64,000 nucleotides of DNA from contig CALVYN010000001.1 in NCBI GenBank assembly GCA_944372245.1, forward strand, positions 616-64,615, given 5' to 3'. Positions 18,334-25,670 of the stretch are shown in pieces. Below the pieces are notes generated by a model that was not told the origin of the DNA, ran no database searches, and saw only the letters and a list, made by a program, of their open reading frames with translations. The translations under genes were made by a program, and so were the position numbers. The DNA is from an uncultured Bacilli bacterium (GTDB lineage: Bacteria > Bacillota_I > Bacilli_A > RFN20 > CAG-288). Positions within the stretch are counted from its first letter, which is position 1. The number at the start of each line of letters is the position of its first letter.

Positions 18334-19596
18334 TTAGATTAGACTAGCTGGAAGAATCGGAGCTGCAACCTCGGAGTCGATTCGACTCCACCGAGGTACA
18401 TAGAGCAGTCTTCCCTCCGCATCGAAGATGCCCGGATAGCGATCCCTGAGCCACATGGGAACACCCAAACTCTTGAGAAAGTGCATCGCATTCTCAGCTT
18501 GAAGATCCGTAGAGATGCGGTCGCCAGAAACGAGAGGGCGGACAGTCAGTGGATAGTTCTTGGCGTGAATCTTATCGAGGTCATCGATGTCGATTCGCAC
18601 CCACTCGTTGCGATAGTGGAGAGGCCCATGAAGATGGATCTCCCTCTCGTTGATTCGGGGCAAATCACCCCCGAAGAAGATCCGCTGAGACGAGGGATAA
18701 AGATATAGACCATCCATCAGTTTCAGCCGTTGGCTCGGCTTTCCCAATAGTCGCTCATAGCAGAGATTTACCAGTGCTAGCTTTCGATCTTCGCTCAGTT
18801 TGACCGGCAGAGCATCGAGGCAGCGCAGGAGGAGGCGCCGCTGCTCTGAAATGGTTAGTTTTAGATATTCAGCCTTATAAAAGCCACCTTTAATATTGAT
18901 ATTTTCAATATTGCCAATCTCTTTTAACAGAATTGGAAGTTCTCTGTCCCTCTCCGCGAGCACCTCTTCGACGCGACTCTTGTCAGTCAGTTCATCCAGG
19001 CGAATCCTGTTGCGCTGGCGCACCGTGAAGCGGTTGGTGGGATCGTCGAAGTAAGGAATATTGTTTTCGCGTAGATACTCGATGATGTCGGTCCGATAGA
19101 GATCGAGGATGGGGCGGAAGACGCGGACTCCAAAGATGTCATTCACCGGCCTGAGCCCCAGATACGAGACTAAGCCACCACGCCTCTTCTGCATCAGATA
19201 GGTCTCGGCATCATCGTTTTTCTGGTGGGCGATCAGCACGCCCTGTGCCCCCAGTTTCTCCGCCTCCTTGGCGAACCAGCGATAGCGGATCCTCCGAGCC
19301 TCGTTCTCAAAGTCCACGTGAAAGTAATCGAGCTCGAGATCCAGAGTCAGAAGCGGGAGGTTCAAGCGTCGAGCCGTCTCCTTGACGATAGCGACCTCCG
19401 GAGCGATGGCCGTCGGCAGGTCGCGGTAGTTCACATAGGCGAGATAGAGCTTTCCAGGAGCGAAGACACGGCTGGCAATCTCCGCTAGGAACACCGAATC
19501 CGAGCCGCCAGAGAAACCCAGAAGGCAGGGTTCTGTCAGATCGATTCCGAGCTCTTCAAAGCGCTGGGGCAGATCGGATAGATCGATCCTACTCAT
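18334..19596 (-). CDS. tilS: tRNA(Ile)-lysidine synthetase
   Basis: PP-loop SGGSDS (LGFSGGSDSVFL). 420 aa. Follows an S4-domain gene as in Bacillus. Confidence 0.88.
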   Translation of the reverse strand: MSRIDLSDLPQRFEELGIDLTEPCLLGFSGGSDSVFLAEIASRVFAPGKLYLAYVNYRDLPTAIAPEVAIVKETARRLNLPLLTLDLELDYFHVDFENEARRIRYRWFAKEAEKLGAQGVLIAHQKNDDAETYLMQKRRGGLVSYLGLRPVNDIFGVRVFRPILDLYRTDIIEYLRENNIPYFDDPTNRFTVRQRNRIRLDELTDKSRVEEVLAERDRELPILLKEIGNIENINIKGGFYKAEYLKLTISEQRRLLLRCLDALPVKLSEDRKLALVNLCYERLLGKPSQRLKLMDGLYLYPSSQRIFFGGDLPRINEREIHLHGPLHYRNEWVRIDIDDLDKIHAKNYPLTVRPLVSGDRISTDLQAENAMHFLKSLGVPMWLRDRYPGIFDAEGRLLYVPRWSRIDSEVAAPILPASLI

Positions 19597-19843
19597 CTTC
19601 CTTGATGAGGCGATACATCTCGGTCACCTCGTTCAGCGGGCAGTAGCTCCTCAGCTGGAGCACCTCGACCGTGACCTTGATGCGGCCCTCCTCGCCCAGC
19701 GCGATGATGTCTCCGACCTTGACGTCGGTGGCCGGTTTGGCCAGCTTGCCGTTCACCGAGGCGTAGCCCGCATCTATGTACTCTTTAGCCTGACCGCGGC
19801 GGCGGATGAGATGAGTGACCTTGAGATATTTATCCAGACGCAT
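19589..19843 (-). CDS. S4-domain RNA-binding protein (YabO-like)
   Basis: MRLDKYLKVTHLIRRRGQAKEYIDAGYASVNGK is an S4 fold signature. 84 aa. Overlaps the tilS start by 8 nt. Confidence 0.8.
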   Translation of the reverse strand: MRLDKYLKVTHLIRRRGQAKEYIDAGYASVNGKLAKPATDVKVGDIIALGEEGRIKVTVEVLQLRSYCPLNEVTEMYRLIKEDE

Positions 19844-19903
19844 GGGGCACCTCCTCTGGTGGGAAGATTATCCAACAGATGAGAGATTACAACAAAGATG
19901 GGC

Positions 19904-19930
19904 GCAAAAAGACCGCCCGCAGGCGGTCTC
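19904..19930 (-). terminator. Rho-independent terminator
   Basis: Minus strand reads AGACCGCC-TGCG-GGCGGTCT followed by TTTTGC. Confidence 0.7.
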
Positions 19931-19945
19931 TCACTAACTGTCAGG

Positions 19946-21283
19946 TTAGAAGGCGAGGGAGCCCATGGGATCCCAGGGCTCGAGCTCGATGGGGGTCTCG
20001 CTCAGCTGAGCGAGCTCCTTCTTGGTGAGGTACTTCTTGTTGATGACAGCCTGGTAGGTGAACTCCTCGAACCACTTGTCGGACATGGCGAAGTAGCCCT
20101 TGTAGCCGACGGTGTCACCCCAGGAGTTCTCGACCTTCCAGCGGTCGGGATTGCCCTGGGCGTTGAGGTTGACGCCGGTGATGACCATGGCGTGGGTCAT
20201 CAGCGACTCGCCGTAGTCGACCCTCTGGCCCTTGTCCATGCCGAACTTGACGCCGAACAGGTCCTCGACATCGAAGATCTCGGGAGCCATGAAGCCGGTG
20301 TCGCGGGTGGAGAACTGGCCGACATCGGAGCCGAACCAGACGACCTCGCCGTCCTTGAGCTGGTTGACGCACAGCTCCTTGACCCGCTCGATGGGCAGGT
20401 TCAGATAGAGAACGGGATCACCGCCCTCGACGTTGTTGAGGTACTTGACGGTGAAGACGCGGTTGAGAGGACGGATGGGAGAGGGGCAGTTCAGGATGGA
20501 GACGTAGTCGTCAAGCTTCTTGCCGACGTACTGCTCGAAGAACTTGAGCGGGGTGATGTCCCTGACCACGCCGTAGTGGTCATCGGCATCCTTGTACTCC
20601 CAGGTGAACTTCTCGGGGGGCACACCGAGGCAGACGCAGAGGATCCGATAGATCTCGTTGAGCATGCCGTCCTTGATCTTGCGCAGCTCCTCGAGGGTCT
20701 TGCCACTCTCGTTGCCGGTGCGCAGGATCAGGGCATCCTCCCTCAGCTTGAGGGTGATGTACTTGTCCATCTCGGTGGTGTTCTCCGAGCAGGCGCTCTC
20801 GGGATAGACATCCTTGGGGCAGACGCCGTACTTGTGGATCAGGTTGACGATCATGGTCCACTGGCCGCCGTCGCCGATGGGGGAGGAGAGCAGGTGGTTG
20901 AGCAGGCGGGAGCCGACGGGCTCATTCAGGGTCTTCAGGATATTCTCCAGGAAGAAGTTGGACTTCTCGAGCTTGTCCCAGAACAGGGTGTAGGACTGCG
21001 AGAGCTCCATGTTGGTGATGTTGAGGTGCTTCATGACCTCGAGGCGGAGGACATTCATCGCCGCGAACATCCAGCAGCGGCCAGAGCGCTTCTGGTTGGT
21101 GATGTCGCCGGAAGGAACATCGATCGAGTAGGCGTTGACGAAGCGCTTGACCTCGTCGCGGTTGAGCGCGGTGGCGTTGATGCCGTTCTTGACGACCGCA
21201 TCCTGCTTGATGCGGTTAGCGCTGTCGGCGCTGAAGTTCTCGCCGTACCGCTTGATGTCTTCCAGACTGATTGAGATACCCAT
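19946..21283 (-). CDS. pepC: Aminopeptidase C (bleomycin-hydrolase type C1 cysteine peptidase)
   Basis: Catalytic Cys context QKRSGRCWMFAAMN. 445 aa with a PepC-like C-terminus. Confidence 0.9.
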   Translation of the reverse strand: MGISISLEDIKRYGENFSADSANRIKQDAVVKNGINATALNRDEVKRFVNAYSIDVPSGDITNQKRSGRCWMFAAMNVLRLEVMKHLNITNMELSQSYTLFWDKLEKSNFFLENILKTLNEPVGSRLLNHLLSSPIGDGGQWTMIVNLIHKYGVCPKDVYPESACSENTTEMDKYITLKLREDALILRTGNESGKTLEELRKIKDGMLNEIYRILCVCLGVPPEKFTWEYKDADDHYGVVRDITPLKFFEQYVGKKLDDYVSILNCPSPIRPLNRVFTVKYLNNVEGGDPVLYLNLPIERVKELCVNQLKDGEVVWFGSDVGQFSTRDTGFMAPEIFDVEDLFGVKFGMDKGQRVDYGESLMTHAMVITGVNLNAQGNPDRWKVENSWGDTVGYKGYFAMSDKWFEEFTYQAVINKKYLTKKELAQLSETPIELEPWDPMGSLAF

Positions 21284-21384
21284 TAAATAACCTCCTTTTA
21301 CAGACTCACTAAAGGGGTAGCACGTCTTAGTGCGTCATAGATTTTAGCGAGTAATACCTCTAAAATCTTCCACCGAGGTTAAAA

Positions 21385-22173
21385 ATGCACAAGATTCAAC
21401 ACGTTTTAATCGTCTCCCTGGGTCTTCTTATGGGCCTCGCTGCCTGTACTCCCAGCCAGGGGACGAGCTCTGACTCCTCCACCTCCTCGTCTCACATCAG
21501 CTCCTCCGTTTCCTCGGATAGCTCCTATCCCACATCATCTTCGTCGTCTTCCTCTTCTTCTTCCTCCTCTTCTTCAGAGGGTTTCAACTTTAATAACGCC
21601 TTCCAGGGCAATGTCTCCGACATCCCCTACTCCGACGCCGAGAAGCTCGAGGACACCGAGCCTCGGTACTACGATGGAACCTACTACGTGAGAGTTCCAA
21701 ACTCCGACACGATCCTCTACGAGGGCCAGTCCTACACCAGCGCGAATGACGTGGCGGCCTACCTGCAGTTCTTCGACGAGCTGCCTGTGAACTACGTCAC
21801 CGAGGACCGCCGGGATGAGATTACCTCCTACAACGATCTCGCCCTGGTCAATGGCACCTTCCAAAACCGCGAGGGCTACCTTCCCTACGGCTACGACTAC
21901 ACGGAGATCGACCTGCGCTCGGGCTACTCCTTCTACGTGGGTGGCGTCAGCCGCGGCACCGACCGCATCGTCTATGGCACCAACCCCCGCACCGGCGATG
22001 TCGAGGTGGTCTTCGCCACCTATGACCACTACGACAACTTCTCCGAATACCTCGGATACGAGGACGGGTGGAGCAAGAACTTCGGCCAGTCGGGCGATTA
22101 CAGAGCCCCTGAGGTCGGCGATGTCGTCTTCGTGGATGATACTGCCATCTTTGATTGGAACTACGTAGGTTGA
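21385..22173 (+). CDS. Lipoprotein with a Ser-rich linker and a barnase/RNase Sa (N1/T1 family) ribonuclease domain
   Basis: Lipobox LMGLAAC. Contains a Ser run. VAAYLQFFDELPVNYVT, FQNREGYLP, RGTDRIVYG and TYDHYDNFSEY align with barnase VADYLQTYHKLPDNYIT, FSNREGKLP (Glu73), RNSDRILYS (Arg83/87) and TTDHYQTFTKI (His102). Confidence 0.8.
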   Translation: MHKIQHVLIVSLGLLMGLAACTPSQGTSSDSSTSSSHISSSVSSDSSYPTSSSSSSSSSSSSSSEGFNFNNAFQGNVSDIPYSDAEKLEDTEPRYYDGTYYVRVPNSDTILYEGQSYTSANDVAAYLQFFDELPVNYVTEDRRDEITSYNDLALVNGTFQNREGYLPYGYDYTEIDLRSGYSFYVGGVSRGTDRIVYGTNPRTGDVEVVFATYDHYDNFSEYLGYEDGWSKNFGQSGDYRAPEVGDVVFVDDTAIFDWNYVG

Positions 22174-22193
22174 TAATTAGATTCTAAAGCCTA

Positions 22194-22226
22194 AAAGAGT
22201 GCGGATATCCGCACTTTTTATTTTTG
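22194..22226 (+). terminator. Rho-independent terminator
   Basis: AGTGCGG-ATAT-CCGCACT followed by TTTTTATTTTT. Confidence 0.8.
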
Positions 22227-22390
22227 TATCTATCTGTTTAACTCACCCTGTTCTTCTCGACTTTAGCCCCGCATCCGAAGCCCAGCACTCAGCTGGAGAT
22301 ATCTCATATCTTTATCCGTTTACCGCTTTCGCGGATGCGCGCGCACACGGGTAGTCTAAAATACCCGAGTAAACACGGGGGACCTCTAGT

Positions 22391-24004
22391 ATGGTGAAGT
22401 ACATTTTTATTGTGGGCGGCGTGATCAGCGGCATCGGCAAGGGCATCACCGGCTCGTCGATTGGCATGCTCCTCAAGTCGCGCGGCTACGATGTCGTACA
22501 GCAGAAGTTCGACCCCTACCTCAACGTCGATCCCGGAACGATGAACCCGCTCCAGCACGGCGAGGTCTACGTCACCGATGACGGCTTTGAGACCGACCTC
22601 GACCTGGGCCACTACGAGCGCTTCACCGGCGCCAACCTCGACCGGCGCTCCTCGGTCACCATGGGCCAGATCTACGAGACTGTCCTGGCCAAGGAGAGGC
22701 GCGGCGACTACGAGGGCCACACCGTCCAGGTCATCCCCCACGTCACCAACGAGATCAAGTCCCGCTTCTACCGCGAGGCGCACCCCGACCCCTCCAAGGT
22801 CAACAAGATCGCCATCATCGAGATCGGTGGCACCATCGGCGACATCGAGTCCCAGCCCTACTTCGAGGCAATCCGCCAGTTCAAGCACCAGGTCGGCTAC
22901 CAGAACTGCATCATCATCTGCACCACGCTGATCCCCTATCTCGCCGCCTCGGGCGAGCTCAAGACCAAGCCCACCCAACAAGCCATCAGAGCCCTCCAGT
23001 CCCTGGGTCTGCGCACCGACATCATCGTCTGCCGCGCGGAGAAACCTCTGCCCAAGCAGATCAAGGCCAAAATCTCCATGTTCTGCGACGTCCCCGTCGA
23101 CCACGTCATCGAGAACTCCGACTGCGATACCGTCTACCAGGTCCCCCTGATGCTGGAGAAGGAGGGTATCGCCAAGGCGGTCCTCTCCTCCTTGGGTCTG
23201 CCCGACACCCTGGGCCACCACGAGCGCTGGGATGCGCTCGTGGAGCACATCATCCACCCCTCCAAGAAGACCACCATCGCCATCGTGGGCAAGTACATGA
23301 ACCTCCACGACTCCTACCTGTCCGTCGCTGAGGCCATCAAGCACGCCGCCGCCAACCTCGACGCCGGAGTGGACATCAAGTGGATCGAGTCCGAGACCTG
23401 CGAGAAGAAGGATCTCGATGAGATCTTCAAGGGCGTGGATGGCATCCTCGTCCCCGGTGGCTTCGGCAAGCGCGGCTGCCTGGGCATGATCAAGGCCATC
23501 CGCTACGCCCGCGAGAACAAGATTCCCTTCCTGGGCATCTGCCTGGGTATGCAGACGGCCTCCATCGAGTTCGCCCGCGATGTCCTGGGCTATGAGGATG
23601 CCGACTCCACCGAGCTGGTCCCCGACACCAAGCACCCCGTCATCGATCTGATGAAGGATCAGAAGAACGTCAAGGATATGGGCGGCACCATGCGTCTGGG
23701 CGCCTATCCCTGTCGCCTGGCCAAGGACTCGCTGGCAGCCAAGCTCTACGGCAAGTGCGACATCAGCGAGCGTCACCGCCACCGCTACGAGTTCAACAAC
23801 GCCTACCGCAAGGAGTTCGAGGAGCATGGCATGAAGATCTCCGGCGTCTATCCCGAGAAGAATATCGTCGAAATCATCGAGCTGACCGACCACCCCTTCT
23901 TCATCGCGACCCAGGCTCACCCCGAGTTCAAGTCCAGCCTGACCGAGCCCCACCCCCTCTTCAAGGGCTTCATCAGCGCGGCGCTGGATTACGAAAAGAA
24001 GTAG
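22391..24004 (+). CDS. pyrG: CTP synthase
   Basis: MVKYIFIVGGVISGIGKGI N-terminus. Glutamine amidotransferase motifs GICLGMQ and HRHRYE. 537 aa. Confidence 0.95.
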   Translation: MVKYIFIVGGVISGIGKGITGSSIGMLLKSRGYDVVQQKFDPYLNVDPGTMNPLQHGEVYVTDDGFETDLDLGHYERFTGANLDRRSSVTMGQIYETVLAKERRGDYEGHTVQVIPHVTNEIKSRFYREAHPDPSKVNKIAIIEIGGTIGDIESQPYFEAIRQFKHQVGYQNCIIICTTLIPYLAASGELKTKPTQQAIRALQSLGLRTDIIVCRAEKPLPKQIKAKISMFCDVPVDHVIENSDCDTVYQVPLMLEKEGIAKAVLSSLGLPDTLGHHERWDALVEHIIHPSKKTTIAIVGKYMNLHDSYLSVAEAIKHAAANLDAGVDIKWIESETCEKKDLDEIFKGVDGILVPGGFGKRGCLGMIKAIRYARENKIPFLGICLGMQTASIEFARDVLGYEDADSTELVPDTKHPVIDLMKDQKNVKDMGGTMRLGAYPCRLAKDSLAAKLYGKCDISERHRHRYEFNNAYRKEFEEHGMKISGVYPEKNIVEIIELTDHPFFIATQAHPEFKSSLTEPHPLFKGFISAALDYEKK

Positions 24005-24056
24005 AGATCAGCCTCTCTCAGAACCGATTTATTGCCATAAAAAGACGATTGGATGA

Positions 24057-24113
24057 TTGCCAGACTAAGTGCAACTCAAAAGACGAGAAATTGCACTTAC
24101 TCTGGCAATTTTT
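24057..24113 (+). terminator. Long-stem terminator after pyrG
   Basis: 18-bp arms TTGCCAGACTAAGTGCAA / TTGCACTTACTCTGGCAA (one mismatch) with a 16-nt loop, followed by TTTTT. Confidence 0.7.
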
Positions 24114-24125
24114 AGATTGTTTCGG

Positions 24126-25172
24126 CTATCTCTTTCTCCCTCTCTTGGAGCGCTTGATTGAATCGAGGTCAAAGAGTCCAAGGTTAGCTAGAGGAAGCAT
24201 GACGGCATAGGTCACGACCGCGAGGATAGGCAGAGAGATGATGCCCGTCAGAAGGTCGCTGAACACTCCATAGGCATAGGGGATGGAGAAGTAGAGCTGG
24301 CCCCAGAAGGCTAGAAGCAGCGTCTTCACGGTGATCATCTCAAACAGCAGAATCGAATAGATATCCAGGAAGGAGAAGACCTTTTTCTCGGGTTTACCAC
24401 CCACATAGATATGCTTCAACTCGTGGATGGAGAAAGAGGCTTTAAATAGTTTCCAACCTATATTTCTAGATTTAGAGATGTCATCAACTCCACAGGAAGC
24501 AATCGCATTGAGGTCGAGCCTCATCAGGCCTAGGCCATCCCTGCGGATGGCTCGTTTGATCTCCTTATTGGAGCATCCGCTGAGCCCTCTGATTCTCCCC
24601 TTCAGCGCCTGGCGCACACGCAGCGGAAGATCATCCCCCTCACCGAACATCCGCCGGCTGAAGAAGACGGTCAGACCACCGCTGATCAGAGCGAGAGCGA
24701 CCACCCCGACCCCCAGCCCGATGCGGCCACCGAGGTCTAAGGGAATCTGATACTTGCCCTCGGCCGCATCGGGAATCACCAGGCCGAAGAAGGCGCCGAT
24801 ACCCAGGAGGCTGACCAGGATATCGAAGGCCCCGAGCGCCCGGCGGTGCCCCTTGAAGATCCGCATCAGAACCCAGGGGATGATACCTAATAGAGCCTGG
24901 TCGATGGTGTATCCATAGAGGTAGGCGCCCGAGCCGTTAGGGAACGCAAAAGCCCCGATCAGGTCGCCGCCGGCGCCAGCTACGGCGCCCCAGATGGGGC
25001 CGCAGGCCAGCGAAGCGAAGACGATCGGGACCGACGAGAAACCGATTCTGACCGAGGGCATGCCGCCCAGGGGCAGATAGATGGAGACGAAGCGATTGAG
25101 GATCACGTAGAGGCACATCAGGACGGCGGCCAGCGCGATCTTGAGGATTTCAGAATATGCGTGTCTTCTCAC
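24126..25172 (-). CDS. ECF-transporter S-component-like membrane protein (FolT-like) with a large internal insertion
   Basis: The N-terminal half resembles folate-family S components (RIGFSSVPIVFASLACGPIWGAVAGAGGDLIG). About 100 basic/soluble residues interrupt the TM bundle. 348 aa versus about 180 typical. GTG start with GGGAGGTGG, 18 nt after the smpB stop. Confidence 0.5.
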   Translation of the reverse strand: MRRHAYSEILKIALAAVLMCLYVILNRFVSIYLPLGGMPSVRIGFSSVPIVFASLACGPIWGAVAGAGGDLIGAFAFPNGSGAYLYGYTIDQALLGIIPWVLMRIFKGHRRALGAFDILVSLLGIGAFFGLVIPDAAEGKYQIPLDLGGRIGLGVGVVALALISGGLTVFFSRRMFGEGDDLPLRVRQALKGRIRGLSGCSNKEIKRAIRRDGLGLMRLDLNAIASCGVDDISKSRNIGWKLFKASFSIHELKHIYVGGKPEKKVFSFLDIYSILLFEMITVKTLLLAFWGQLYFSIPYAYGVFSDLLTGIISLPILAVVTYAVMLPLANLGLFDLDSIKRSKRGRKR

Positions 25173-25190
25173 TGGTCCACCTCCCGAGCG

Positions 25191-25670
25191 CTAGTCGTCG
25201 TAGCTGCCGCTCTGCTTGATTCTTCGGGCGAGGTTGCGCTTGATGTCGCGCTCCTTGATGACCTGACGCTTGTCGTAGGCCTTCTTGCCCTTGCCCAGGG
25301 CGATCTCCAGCTTGGCCTTGCCCCGGACGATGACCAGCTCCACGGGCACGATCGAATAGCCCGCCTGGTCGCGCTGCTTCATCAGCTTGGTGATCTCGCG
25401 CTTGTGAAGCAGCAATTTCTTATCTCTCATCGGGTCGGTATTGAAGATATTTCCCTCCTTGTAGGGAGTAATCTGCATACCGACAACATAGGCCTCGCCA
25501 TCGTGGAAGTCGACGAAGGCCCCAGTGAGGGAGACGTGGCCCATGCGGATGGACTTGATCTCCGTCCCCGTCAGCACCAGGCCGGCCTGGGTGAAGTCGG
25601 ACAGGAAGTAGTCGAACCGGGCGCGGCGGTTGGTCGCAATCAGCCGCTTTCCCTTCTCAGCCTCTTTCAT
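25191..25670 (-). CDS. smpB: SsrA-binding protein
   Basis: NRRARFDYF motif. 159 aa. The ATG overlaps the rnr TGA (TGATG). Confidence 0.92.
   Translation of the reverse strand: MKEAEKGKRLIATNRRARFDYFLSDFTQAGLVLTGTEIKSIRMGHVSLTGAFVDFHDGEAYVVGMQITPYKEGNIFNTDPMRDKKLLLHKREITKLMKQRDQAGYSIVPVELVIVRGKAKLEIALGKGKKAYDKRQVIKERDIKRNLARRIKQSGSYDD

Noticed and set aside
21536-21585. Ser-codon tract (also at 50100-50165), considered as slipped-strand phase-variation repeats.
   Set aside because: The tracts are mixtures of TCT/TCC/TCG/TCA/AGC codons with at most about 5 identical units. A length change would stay in frame. This is more likely a flexible linker than a switch.
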